Source: a virus. From it: a DNA stretch of 64,000 nucleotides. The notes below the pieces were generated by a model. That model was given only the letters and a program-made list of their open reading frames with translations. It was not told the DNA's origin and searched no databases. The position numbers and the translations under genes were made by a program. The DNA lies in the IMG/VR virus record IMGVR_UViG_3300037247_001239, positions 10,579 to 74,578 of that record, one strand, 5' to 3'. Shown here piece by piece: positions 47,334 to 56,425 of the stretch (its first letter is position 1; every line of letters begins with the position of its first letter).

Positions 47334-47926
47334 TATTGACTTTCTGGCACAATTGGCTGAAGGACTTGGTGCATTTCAACATCATCGTCCTCGAAGGGCT
47401 CGCTGCACTTGTTCACGACTATCAACTGGCCGTGCCGAGTTGTTGAGCGCAGTATGCCTACGGGACCGCACTGAACTGAGGCCCCATCGTGGAGTGTAAG
47501 TGAACCAAGAAGTACACATTGGGCCAAGAACTCGGCTTGCGTGATGCCTCCGACGGCACCGCCGGGAGCATCGGCGTCAACACCAGAATTGCCGGCCACA
47601 TTACTATTAGCGTCCGCCTCGTCTGTTGAGGGTGCCCAATAATACTCGACAGTGCCCGGTGTCGTGATCGTCTCGCCCGAGAAATCGACTACGCCTATCA
47701 GAAGATACTCAGCGGCCCTGAGTGCTCCAAGATCAACCTTGTTGCTTTGCCTGGCAGCGGCAGCGGCAACGCCGGCAAGGGTCAGGACTACATCAGCCGT
47801 ATCTGTGCCAATGTCGTCTGTAAAATTCGTTGCGTCATCCACTGGGTTCAGGGAGGCGTCCACCCCAAACACGATAGGAGACAGCGAACTACCAGCAGCG
47901 TCTTGAACCAACTGTTCAGAGGGCAT
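47333..47926 (-). CDS. acidic putative virion protein
   Basis: Coupled to LamG gene. Confidence 0.6.
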   Translation of the reverse strand: MPSEQLVQDAAGSSLSPIVFGVDASLNPVDDATNFTDDIGTDTADVVLTLAGVAAAAARQSNKVDLGALRAAEYLLIGVVDFSGETITTPGTVEYYWAPSTDEADANSNVAGNSGVDADAPGGAVGGITQAEFLAQCVLLGSLTLHDGASVQCGPVGILRSTTRHGQLIVVNKCSEPFEDDDVEMHQVLQPIVPESQ

Positions 47927-48324
47927 TATCTCCGAGCCTCCTCTACGTGACCTGCTTTGACCTCTCCGCCTAGCACAAGTTCTACCGCTCGGCTCACCTG
48001 CTCGGTTTGCAAGGCGGCCAATGCGTTGAGAGTGGCCGTGGCACCTGCGAACATCGTTGTCAGGGCCAGTTTTGTGTTCGGGTCGTTGACCAGAATAGTT
48101 TGCATTCCCACGATCACTCCAAACAACTGCTTGTAGTCAGCGGAGAGGGCATTCCAGTGACTTGGCACTACTGCCCCGAATATCTGCTGGCCCGTGACCG
48201 ATTCAACGTCAACGGTGCGGTTGGCCATGTTGAGGCTGACCGCTGCCTCTGTGTCCGTCATGCTGGAATAACCCAGTACGAGCGGATCGTCGGCCAATTC
48301 GGCCTTCAGTGCGTCTATATCCAC
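47926..48324 (-). CDS. hypothetical phage protein
   Basis: LKAELADDPL..GY; SRAVEL. Confidence 0.65.
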   Translation of the reverse strand: MDIDALKAELADDPLVLGYSSMTDTEAAVSLNMANRTVDVESVTGQQIFGAVVPSHWNALSADYKQLFGVIVGMQTILVNDPNTKLALTTMFAGATATLNALAALQTEQVSRAVELVLGGEVKAGHVEEARR

Positions 48325-48347
48325 GTCACCCTCCCCCGCCTCAGCGG

Positions 48348-48518
48348 CTACTTACTACAATTTGGACAAGTCCAATACGGTTTAGATTCCAAGATGTGCT
48401 CAATACGTGGAGTGTAAACCATCTGCTTGCCACATCTCTCGCAACGATGTTTACGCTTAAACGGGTTACCACCCGTAGCGACCTGCTGCTGAAAACGAAC
48501 CAAGGTGGTTCTTGCCAC
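48348..48518 (-). CDS. small Zn-ribbon protein
   Basis: CERCG..WTCPNC; GTG start after GGAGGAGG. Confidence 0.5.
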   Translation of the reverse strand: MARTTLVRFQQQVATGGNPFKRKHRCERCGKQMVYTPRIEHILESKPYWTCPNCSK

Positions 48519-48544
48519 TTCACCCTCCTCCCGCCTCGGCGGGC

Positions 48545-49531
48545 TTAGTTGTTCGCGTTCTCTTTCTCCGCCCACTCGCGGATGCGCTGCCAGCGGCGTG
48601 AAGCCCTCAACTGATCGTTGGTTTCGCCGATGCGACTTGGCGCTGCAAAGATACAGGCGCCGTCGGCGTGCACCTTCAACAGGTCCAGTTGCTTCACCAC
48701 CCAGCGTTCGTAGACGTACTCACCACGCATGGGCCGTTGATCCCCGGGGATGTACCCGCCGATCCACCACTGCGGCGAAATGGCCGGGATGATCGGCTTC
48801 TTGGGATAGTTCCGCCGCGTCAGCCGAAGCCCGACCGTCGCCACGTCCATCCACACGTCCAACGCCGTGTGCTGCGACTCCTTGATCGGTGAAAACCAAT
48901 CATCCGTGCTGAAGTACCATGGCGTGGATCGGGTGTAGTCCCACTCCCAGGCCGTCAGGTAGAGACTCGGGTTGTACCAATCCAGCAGAGATGCGATGGC
49001 GCGGTGGTAGCGATTCACCCGCACCGCGTTCTGCCACTCCCGGTATCGAGCACCACGGTCGCCGGCCTCGGGGTTGGCGTGGAAACCGTTCAAGTGCCTG
49101 GCCTCGAAATGAGGGATGCGGCCGAACCAACTCAGCTTCCAGTCGGGCTGAACTTCACGAATCGCGGCGATCACCCGCTTGGCGAGTTTGGCGTGCTCCG
49201 CCCATTGCTTTGGGTCGGTAGACCACGAGGTAAGCCCCCGGACTCGTTTGTCCTCCAAGTCGATCGACACAATCCCGTGGGGCGGGTCAATCGCCAGGCA
49301 CCGCTTCTTCAGGTACTCCAAATCGACTGGCTCGCCATTCGGACCCTCCCGGAAAAAGTCTTCGCCGAGGTAAGTGAATTTCGGGATCAACGGATCAGAG
49401 GGCTTTTCGGTGATCTCTGCCAGCACGATAAACTCGCCCGCCTCGATCCGCTCCCAGACGGTGGGCTGCTGGGCGGCATAGCCGAGGGCTGTGAACAACG
49501 ACAAGAACACAAGAAGGATGAGGGTTTTCAT
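48545..49531 (-). CDS. secreted glycoside-hydrolase-like protein (hyaluronidase/TIM-barrel-like)
   Basis: Signal peptide; VSIDLE, WKLSWFG..P, LDWYNPSLY. Confidence 0.5.
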   Translation of the reverse strand: MKTLILLVFLSLFTALGYAAQQPTVWERIEAGEFIVLAEITEKPSDPLIPKFTYLGEDFFREGPNGEPVDLEYLKKRCLAIDPPHGIVSIDLEDKRVRGLTSWSTDPKQWAEHAKLAKRVIAAIREVQPDWKLSWFGRIPHFEARHLNGFHANPEAGDRGARYREWQNAVRVNRYHRAIASLLDWYNPSLYLTAWEWDYTRSTPWYFSTDDWFSPIKESQHTALDVWMDVATVGLRLTRRNYPKKPIIPAISPQWWIGGYIPGDQRPMRGEYVYERWVVKQLDLLKVHADGACIFAAPSRIGETNDQLRASRRWQRIREWAEKENANN

Positions 49532-49543
49532 TTTGATTCGCCA

Positions 49544-51490
49544 CTAATTATTCGAGAAGGAGACTTCGATCCAGTCGGTGCCGTCGTAGAGTAACGCCAG
49601 GCAATCAGTCCCACTGATTGCCCTGGTAGCAGCCCCGAGGTGCACGCCGCTGGCGACATCGCTATGGTTGTTAAGCGTTATGGTGTTTGCCTCGGCATTG
49701 GCACAGGTGATGTAGAGCAACTGCCCGGCCATCACGCCGTTTGTCACGGATGGATTTACAGTAAGCGTATAGTCTCCATCCGGATTTATTACGATCACCG
49801 ATGCGTTAGAAATAATCGCAACGCCGGCTCCAGTGATCGACTGTGCGGCAGTGGGGGTAATAACGATCGGGGCCCCCAAAAATCTCGCCGCCTTGTCCCC
49901 ATCCTCACACAGGCGAACCTCGATGTCTACTGCCGGCCCAGTATCTACAAAGATGCCGGCCGCTTTATCGGCCGCACCGTCCAAAACCTCAGCCCAGATT
50001 CCAAAAGACGTTCCACTTCCGTCGTCGTTATCTGCACGGGTGAAGATGCCGCGATTAAAACCAGCATGGTCACCGACGGCTTCCGCCCTAAGCCCGGACG
50101 GCTGACCGGATGTCGTGTTGTTTCTCGTGAAGATGCCGTGTGTCCTGTTCGTGCCGGAGTACCCGTCGAGGAAATTCACCTTCAGGCCGTTCAACCAGTG
50201 GGTATCATCCGACCCGGCCCCAGTCACGCTTATCCGAAACGCATCCTCGTCTTCCGCCCGTGTGGCCGCAAAGGTGTGGGGGAATGTCTTGTTGTCGAAC
50301 TCTCCCGTGCTATCCAATACGACTACTGGGTCACCCTGAATGAAGTAGCCCCGAAAGACATTGTCCATGTAGGCCAGGTTCGTCCGGGCACCCGTATCGT
50401 TGCGTGTACCGCTGACAGTCCCGGTCGCCGTATCGATGTCCATGTAGTAAAGATCGGCGTTGACGTGCGTAACGGCCCAGATGCGATCCTCGACGACCAA
50501 GAAGGAGTGGAACCCATCGGTATAACCACCAGTGGGCAACTCTCCGAACTCCCGCCAGCTTTTACCCGCGTCAATCGAGCAGACCCAGTAGGATTTCGTC
50601 TCGGACTGATAGATGCTGGCGTAGATCACGCCGTCGTAGACCACCGCGGCACCCATACGGTCGCCGCCTGCACCCAAGTCCTGTGCGGCCAAGGATGCGT
50701 CGGTGGTTACCGGGCCAAATTTCTCGAAAGAGTAGCCCAAGCCGTGCGAGTCATTGGCGACGGCCAGCATCGTATCGAAGCTGGTGTGCACGACGTTGCC
50801 GTCCCGGGCACCGTACAAAAGATGAACGGAGCCACCCCAGATGAACGCCTCTGGAGGGTGCGTGTCAGCAGAATCGAATCCCTCGAATTTGGTCCCGGTT
50901 TCCCACGCAATCACGATGTCCGTAACGCTGTTGCTGTCTAAGTCCTGCTTCGTCCAGCTTGCCGGTATGTGCGGATTGTCCGTAGCAGTGGCGTGCCCGA
51001 TAGTCCATCCGGTGTCGTCATCCATCATACCGAACCACATGTGCCACGGCGTTGCCGACCAGGGGATGTAGAGCACCGTAGGGTCGGAAACATCGTCCTC
51101 GTCCGGATCGCCGCCGACGCCGGTCGGTTCAAGCAGATCAGGTACGTCCGTCCAAGTGCCGGCGAGGTCGGTCGCGTAGGCTACACCGATCTTAAAGGCC
51201 CCCGCGTCAGTATACTCATAAAAGCAGTAGTAGACTCCATCTTGGAACATCAGGTAGGGCTGGAGAATCCCACTCCCATCGTGCACGTTGTCCCCGGAGT
51301 CCGTCCAGGTTCGCTGGAGTGGCAGGTAGCTCATGAAGCCGTCATCGTACTTTGGCTTCAACGGTCGCCAGTCTTGCGATTGGTTATCCCGAAAGCTGCC
51401 CCGCCTCCAACTTGGCCCACCGGCCCCGAACGAGAAGACCGCCAGCCCGACGGCGACGACGATGATGATGAGAAGTGAAAGACGCTTCAT
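49544..51490 (-). CDS. exported five-bladed beta-propeller glycosidase-like protein with fibre-like C-terminus
   Basis: Signal peptide; QPYL..GVYYCFY, DPTVL..WHMWF, IGHATA. Confidence 0.55.
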   Translation of the reverse strand: MKRLSLLIIIVVAVGLAVFSFGAGGPSWRRGSFRDNQSQDWRPLKPKYDDGFMSYLPLQRTWTDSGDNVHDGSGILQPYLMFQDGVYYCFYEYTDAGAFKIGVAYATDLAGTWTDVPDLLEPTGVGGDPDEDDVSDPTVLYIPWSATPWHMWFGMMDDDTGWTIGHATATDNPHIPASWTKQDLDSNSVTDIVIAWETGTKFEGFDSADTHPPEAFIWGGSVHLLYGARDGNVVHTSFDTMLAVANDSHGLGYSFEKFGPVTTDASLAAQDLGAGGDRMGAAVVYDGVIYASIYQSETKSYWVCSIDAGKSWREFGELPTGGYTDGFHSFLVVEDRIWAVTHVNADLYYMDIDTATGTVSGTRNDTGARTNLAYMDNVFRGYFIQGDPVVVLDSTGEFDNKTFPHTFAATRAEDEDAFRISVTGAGSDDTHWLNGLKVNFLDGYSGTNRTHGIFTRNNTTSGQPSGLRAEAVGDHAGFNRGIFTRADNDDGSGTSFGIWAEVLDGAADKAAGIFVDTGPAVDIEVRLCEDGDKAARFLGAPIVITPTAAQSITGAGVAIISNASVIVINPDGDYTLTVNPSVTNGVMAGQLLYITCANAEANTITLNNHSDVASGVHLGAATRAISGTDCLALLYDGTDWIEVSFSNN

Positions 51491-51822
51491 GGGGTTCTCC
51501 TTTCCGAGCACTCCCGCTGAACGTCGCGGCAGTTGTCCCGTAAATCGCTGATAGCATCCCGGAGTTGACCGCTCTCTTGCAGCCTGTCCTTGTGATGTTG
51601 TTCATCACGGGCCACGATGTTGTCCAGCGTGGTCGTAAACTGCTTCTGTTGTTCGGACATGTATCTTAGGAGATGTTGCAGGGCCCACACGAGCGCGCCC
51701 AGCGCGACTGCCAGGGCGCCCTCCTTCGCGTACGGCACGCTCGACGCCGGGTCGACGGTCTGGGCAAACACTACCAGTGTGGAACCACCGAACAACGCGC
51801 CAAATACCAGTAGCATTTTCAT
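51487..51822 (-). CDS. membrane protein with coiled coil (holin-like)
   Basis: Two hydrophobic segments then coiled coil. Confidence 0.5.
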   Translation of the reverse strand: MKMLLVFGALFGGSTLVVFAQTVDPASSVPYAKEGALAVALGALVWALQHLLRYMSEQQKQFTTTLDNIVARDEQHHKDRLQESGQLRDAISDLRDNCRDVQRECSERRTP

Positions 51823-52103
51823 GCCTCGCTCCTCGGATAGTTGTTTATCAGTGAGCGAATCAGGTCGTCTGGCGTCATTTCGTCAAACAACATCACCGTG
51901 AACTCTACAGTACAGCCACGTATCCGTTCCTGGCGATAGTTGTCTTGTACCATTACGGGGCAAACAGGTGGATGTGGCAAATCAACGTCAAGCAACGCCT
52001 GAGTTTTCATCCGAGGATGAGGAATAGATATACAGTCGCAATCATCTTTGACGACAATGCGTCTCCCGTCCGCCACGCCGCCGACAAATAGCAGTACGCT
52101 CAT
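51819..52103 (-). CDS. hypothetical protein
   Basis: LFVGGVADGR; flanked by 16-bp direct repeats. Confidence 0.65.
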   Translation of the reverse strand: MSVLLFVGGVADGRRIVVKDDCDCISIPHPRMKTQALLDVDLPHPPVCPVMVQDNYRQERIRGCTVEFTVMLFDEMTPDDLIRSLINNYPRSEA

Positions 52104-52462
52104 GCCTCGCTCCTCCGCCGAAATCCCCACCGCGCCGGCCCATCGTCGAACAGTTGGATCCGCAAGCCTCCGAGCGTCGAGAGTGAAAACGGTTGACTTA
52201 CCGTGGCCCTGGGCAGCCGTTGCAAAACCTCCCAGATGTGCCGACACACCTCCAAGGTATCTCCGTGCCCGGCGTTGGTGACAGTCACCTTCCTGCCGCA
52301 CACCTCGCATTTCATCTCGGCCAACTCGGCCAGGCCCTGCAAGCTCTTCTTTCGGAGGGCCTCCATCTTGGCACACGCCCGACGCATATCGTCCATCGAG
52401 AAGTTCGCGGTGCCAGGGACGGTCGTTGTGTCAAGGCGTTCGGTATCGGTCAGGGGCATCAT
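52100..52462 (-). CDS. hypothetical protein
   Basis: AAGGA RBS; CEVC. Confidence 0.5.
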   Translation of the reverse strand: MMPLTDTERLDTTTVPGTANFSMDDMRRACAKMEALRKKSLQGLAELAEMKCEVCGRKVTVTNAGHGDTLEVCRHIWEVLQRLPRATVSQPFSLSTLGGLRIQLFDDGPARWGFRRRSEA

Positions 52463-52671
52463 CGTCCTTTCAGCGGCGAGACCGTGTAGTACCGGATCAC
52501 CGCCATCAACACGCCTGCACCCAGCCCCAGGCCCGACACGGCTTCCGGGTACGCTTGGATCCACTCCTCGCCCGCCACCAGCCCGAGCACCGACACGACC
52601 GTGGTAGCCGCGGCCAACCGGAGGGTCTTGCTCTTCCACCAAACCGTGGGCTTGGGCTCGGGCTTAGTCAT
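52459..52671 (-). CDS. holin-like two-TM protein
   Basis: WWKSKTL then two TM helices, RYYT. Confidence 0.65.
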   Translation of the reverse strand: MTKPEPKPTVWWKSKTLRLAAATTVVSVLGLVAGEEWIQAYPEAVSGLGLGAGVLMAVIRYYTVSPLKGR

Positions 52672-53086
52672 CGGGGGACTCCTTGGGGAAAGCCACGTCC
52701 GTTATCGTATCTGTGTCCACGACAGCCGGGGGCGGAAGCGGAGGATTGCTCGGCAACAATTGGCTCACAAGCGCACCCACCCCACCTCCACCTGCCAATA
52801 ACGACGCCGCCACGACCAGCTTGCCCAGCGACCCAAGCGACTTGGGCGCGCCTGCGTAGTGGTTGTGCGTTTCGTTTCCAATCGACACGCCCATGTCCTC
52901 ACCCTCCGGAACGGACGGCACTGGACCGCCGGTGAACTTCCCGTCCCGCGTCTGGGCCGCCAAGTGCTCAACGATTCGGTTCTGCCGCTGAATCTTCTCC
53001 AGCATCATCCCCTCGTGGCCCAGCCGCATCCTCGCCCAGTTCAGCTCGAACTTCTGTCTCTGCGCCTCCGTCGCCTGCGTCGGCAT
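52664..53086 (-). CDS. membrane-anchored hypothetical protein
   Basis: GAGGAG RBS; C-terminal hydrophobic helix. Confidence 0.6.
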   Translation of the reverse strand: MPTQATEAQRQKFELNWARMRLGHEGMMLEKIQRQNRIVEHLAAQTRDGKFTGGPVPSVPEGEDMGVSIGNETHNHYAGAPKSLGSLGKLVVAASLLAGGGGVGALVSQLLPSNPPLPPPAVVDTDTITDVAFPKESPDD

Positions 53087-53246
53087 GATAGAACTCCTCC
53101 TCGACTTGCTTGTGGTAGTCGGCAAGCCACTCACCGTACTTGCCGGCCATCCAGGCGCGGTCCATCGCCACGGAGTCGGCGACGAAACGCTCGTGCGTCT
53201 CGACGCCGGCCGTTGCGACGGACTCAAGATCGGGGGCGGCGGCCAC
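52968..53246 (-). CDS. possible hypothetical protein overlapping neighbour
   Basis: GTG start just after upstream stop; long 3' overlap. Confidence 0.35.
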   Translation of the reverse strand: MAAAPDLESVATAGVETHERFVADSVAMDRAWMAGKYGEWLADYHKQVEEEFYHADAGDGGAETEVRAELGEDAAGPRGDDAGEDSAAEPNR

Positions 53247-53249
53247 CGG

Positions 53250-53474
53250 CTATGCCGTCTGCCCGGAAGCAATCGGAATACCGATTTGCCCAGACTTGCT
53301 CGTCACCTCGCGCACGCCAAGGCTCTCAACCAGGCTAACCATCTTGCGGTCCGCCTCGTAGGCGTAGTCGAGAACCTTGCCGAACTGGACAAAGTGTTCG
53401 TGAGCTTGGGATCCAGCGGAACTGAGCCGGCTTAGGGCATGTTCGTGGACGTTTGCGGGTACATCAGAAGCCAT
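53250..53474 (-). CDS. 74-aa helical protein
   Basis: AAGGAG RBS before MASDVPAN. Confidence 0.7.
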   Translation of the reverse strand: MASDVPANVHEHALSRLSSAGSQAHEHFVQFGKVLDYAYEADRKMVSLVESLGVREVTSKSGQIGIPIASGQTA

Positions 53475-53530
53475 AATAGATTCTCCTTGCGTTGAAACGG
53501 TAACTGGAATTGGGTCCGCTGCTGGGGACA

Positions 53531-54634
53531 TTACTTCCTCGCGTCTATCTCGACGCTCTTGAAACGCAACGCTTCGCCGAGCGGTTTTTCCTGAAACAGG
53601 ACCGTGCCGTCGAGCGTCTCCCACTCGACACGCTGGGGCGGCAGTTTGGCGAGCACCTTCGCGGCCAAGGCGTCAAGGTCAATCGGCGACATGGAGGCTG
53701 CCTCCCCCGGCGGCCCCTTCTCGGCGGCACACGCTGCGACCTGTTCCTGCAGCGCCTTGACCTGGCTCTCCAACTCGGCCACCCGCGCGAGCAGCGCCGC
53801 ACAGGCCGGCGCGACCGGCGTACCGGTCGGCGGTTGTTTAGGCTCCATGGGCACCACCTGCCTGGGCTTGGGGAGCACGATACCGGGACGGTTGGGATAC
53901 GGCGGCAGAACTGCCCGCAGAATTCGCCGCAGACGGGGGAAGCCACAGCCGACGGTCGTACGCTTGTCTGTCCCGCTGATCACACCCACAATCCGGCCAC
54001 GGGGACCTAGCATCGGCCCGCCCGAATCTCCCTGGCGGCACACGGCCGAAATCTCTGCCAACTCAAACGGCGTTGACCGGGACGGTGCGGAGAAGCCGAC
54101 TAATTGGCCGCGGGTGTGCCGGTAGGTCCCAAGTCCCCAGCCCGCAACCCAAACCGTATCCCCGCGCGTCGGTGCCGTGTCGGCCACGGGCAAGGGCTTG
54201 ATCCCGGGGTCTTTGATCCTCAGCACAATCACATCCCAGAGGGCATCCTGCCTCACGATGGTTGCTGGGTATTCCCGCCCGCCGGCCAGAACGAACATGC
54301 CCTGCTTGGGGCCGTGTTCGCAGGTCACCACGTAGGCCACGCCGTCGCGGCGGTCGAAAATCGTACCGCTACCGGCGCCAGTCACTTGGACCTGCCGGCC
54401 CTCTTTCACAACTCGATACCGACAGATCACTCGCACGATCGCCGGGTTGCCGGTCTGCCGGGGCTGCTGAGGGCGCTGAAGCTGCCGAGGCCGTGCGGGC
54501 GCTGCCGAGCCCGCTCGCCAGCCATCCGTGGGCAGTGGACAGACCTGTTCCGGTGGGCACGGAGCTTGTGCCTCGGCGACGGCCAGCGTCAGGGCAATCA
54601 GCGTCAGGGCAGCGGCAATGGTGGAGAGTTTCAC
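53531..54634 (-). CDS. secreted trypsin-like (S1) serine protease
   Basis: Signal peptide; VVTCEH, DVIVL, GDSGGP; C-terminal coiled coil. Confidence 0.9.
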   Translation of the reverse strand: MKLSTIAAALTLIALTLAVAEAQAPCPPEQVCPLPTDGWRAGSAAPARPRQLQRPQQPRQTGNPAIVRVICRYRVVKEGRQVQVTGAGSGTIFDRRDGVAYVVTCEHGPKQGMFVLAGGREYPATIVRQDALWDVIVLRIKDPGIKPLPVADTAPTRGDTVWVAGWGLGTYRHTRGQLVGFSAPSRSTPFELAEISAVCRQGDSGGPMLGPRGRIVGVISGTDKRTTVGCGFPRLRRILRAVLPPYPNRPGIVLPKPRQVVPMEPKQPPTGTPVAPACAALLARVAELESQVKALQEQVAACAAEKGPPGEAASMSPIDLDALAAKVLAKLPPQRVEWETLDGTVLFQEKPLGEALRFKSVEIDARK

Positions 54635-54657
54635 GGCGTCTCCTGAAAAACTGGCCA

Positions 54658-54707
54658 AGAAACACAAAACGCCCGGATTCTCAGCCGGTTGGCTGAAAAC
54701 CCGGGCG
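54658..54707 (-). terminator. intrinsic terminator at head of late region
   Basis: 17-bp stem (two G-U) CGCCCGGGTTTTCAGCC-AACC-GGCTGAGAATCCGGGCG followed by TTTTGTGTTTCT. Confidence 0.8.
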
Positions 54708-54734
54708 CGGAGTGCTTCCTCTGCCCGAGGGTCG

Positions 54735-54923
54735 CTACTTGTCGGTGGCGGTGATTAGCCGCCGAACAGTCATGGCATCACCATCTTCTGCTCGGATCTC
54801 AATTGCAACTGTGCCGTGAAACCCCGGCTCAAAGGCTATTGCGGCCACCTCATCAAGCCGCGTGTGGGCCTGCCGGAGCAACCGGACATTGGTACTCTCC
54901 ATGCCTACCACAGCCTTATCCAT
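54735..54923 (-). CDS. small DUF2292/YezD-like protein
   Basis: GFHGTVAIEI..DG..VRR. Confidence 0.45.
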   Translation of the reverse strand: MDKAVVGMESTNVRLLRQAHTRLDEVAAIAFEPGFHGTVAIEIRAEDGDAMTVRRLITATDK

Positions 54924-54977
54924 CCGTCAACCCCTGTTTGCTACCCGTTCGGGGGGATATGTCTGGCATCCGTCGCC

Positions 54978-55679
54978 TCACCTTTCGATCGCCGCCAGTA
55001 CGGCCTTGGCCAATGCCCGCCCCATGGCCATCGGCACCCCATTGCCAAGCACCTCCCATTTGCCTTTCGCCGTGAACGGTGAATCGGAAAGAAAATCGGC
55101 TGGTAGCCCTTGTGCTTCGACAGCATCCGACCAGGTCCGGAGCGAATTGGTTGATCTCGGACGTTGCCGTAGTTTGTCCCAGCGGAGATTGCGAGTAGTC
55201 ACAGTCCCATGCCGTGGCTCGGGACGCAGACCAAGAATCTCGACCGGAAGAAACACGCCGCTTGCCGTTCCGAAGGTAAGTCGACGTATCCGTCTCTGAT
55301 CGGCTCCTACATCCGTCGCGTCAAGAAGAAACGATTTGGACACATACCCGTCTACACTCGGAACTGGCGCTCGCCGGACGTTCTCCATCAACCACCATTG
55401 CGGTCGAGCCTCCGCCACGCATCGTTCATATTCTGGTATCATATCCGGCTGCACGTTCTGCCCACGTGCTTTGGCGATATTAGCGGCACTGGACCACCAC
55501 TTACAGGGCGGTCCGCCGATCACGCCGTCGAAGCGGCCCGCCGGTGGGTGGAAGCTGTGAATGTCGCCTCCCCACAGGACATCGGGGCCACGAACCACGC
55601 AACAGCCGGCCTCCTCGAAGGCCCGCCCCAACATGTCGATCCCGGGGAAGATTGATAGTACCAGCATCCGTCGCCTCAC
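54978..55679 (-). CDS. DNA (cytosine-5) methyltransferase
   Basis: SIFPGID, GGPPC, MENV, QRRIR, LGNGV. Confidence 0.9.
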   Translation of the reverse strand: MRRRMLVLSIFPGIDMLGRAFEEAGCCVVRGPDVLWGGDIHSFHPPAGRFDGVIGGPPCKWWSSAANIAKARGQNVQPDMIPEYERCVAEARPQWWLMENVRRAPVPSVDGYVSKSFLLDATDVGADQRRIRRLTFGTASGVFLPVEILGLRPEPRHGTVTTRNLRWDKLRQRPRSTNSLRTWSDAVEAQGLPADFLSDSPFTAKGKWEVLGNGVPMAMGRALAKAVLAAIER

Positions 55680-56206
55680 TTCGTTTTCGCTTTGATGGCC
55701 GCCTTCTTCTCGCGAAACTGCTGAATCTCGTCCTCGTAGTCACTGATAACTCCGCCCCTCTCCTCAAACCACGCGAACAACTCCCGCTGGTCGGCGCGAG
55801 ACAACGGCTCTCGTGCTTCGCAGCGGTTCAGGAGACAATTGCTATCATCGTCGAGCGGACGGTCTTCGATGGCCTCGTATTCCGCCACCTTCCCGTCCAG
55901 CCCCCTGACGTACCGCCGATATGCGTCAAATTCAGCGAGCAACGACTGGGCCAGACTGCTATCCTCACGGGCCAGTTGGGCAAGCAGTTGCATCGGCTTT
56001 GTGGCCGCGGCGAACGTTTCTGTTCTCGGGTACGTCTCGATCCTGTCTAGTTCGCCGCGGAGCTGCTCGATCTCTCCGGCCGCCTCTGTGAGCGTGTCGC
56101 TTGCCGCTTTCAGTACACCTTGACACGTCTCTGGGGCATCGTCCCATGCAGCCCCAGCCCCATCCGCAACTGTGCGGCACATATCGGCAATGTCATTCAC
56201 ATTCAT
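55676..56206 (-). CDS. coiled-coil hypothetical protein
   Basis: EAAGEIEQLR. Confidence 0.65.
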   Translation of the reverse strand: MNVNDIADMCRTVADGAGAAWDDAPETCQGVLKAASDTLTEAAGEIEQLRGELDRIETYPRTETFAAATKPMQLLAQLAREDSSLAQSLLAEFDAYRRYVRGLDGKVAEYEAIEDRPLDDDSNCLLNRCEAREPLSRADQRELFAWFEERGGVISDYEDEIQQFREKKAAIKAKTK

Positions 56207-56209
56207 CGC

Positions 56210-56425
56210 TCAATTCCTTCCTCGCTTCAGGTCGCCAACCATAACCTCAATCAGCTCTCTCGCCCGCAACTGAATTGACTCCCCCGTCTGCTCACCCTCG
56301 ACCGCAATTGCCACCTGGTAGATGAGTTCTTCCACCGCGTCCGGTGGCGCGCCACTCTCCACTATCGTGCGGAGGCTCGTAAGAAACCCCTCGGACAACA
56401 CTGGGTCGCGGTGCTGTCGGTCCAT
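56210..56425 (-). CDS. hypothetical protein
   Basis: TGATG coupling. Confidence 0.55.
   Translation of the reverse strand: MDRQHRDPVLSEGFLTSLRTIVESGAPPDAVEELIYQVAIAVEGEQTGESIQLRARELIEVMVGDLKRGRN

Noticed and set aside
53250-53474. R-body (RebB)-like protein
   Set aside because: Size is similar but RebB motifs are not present.
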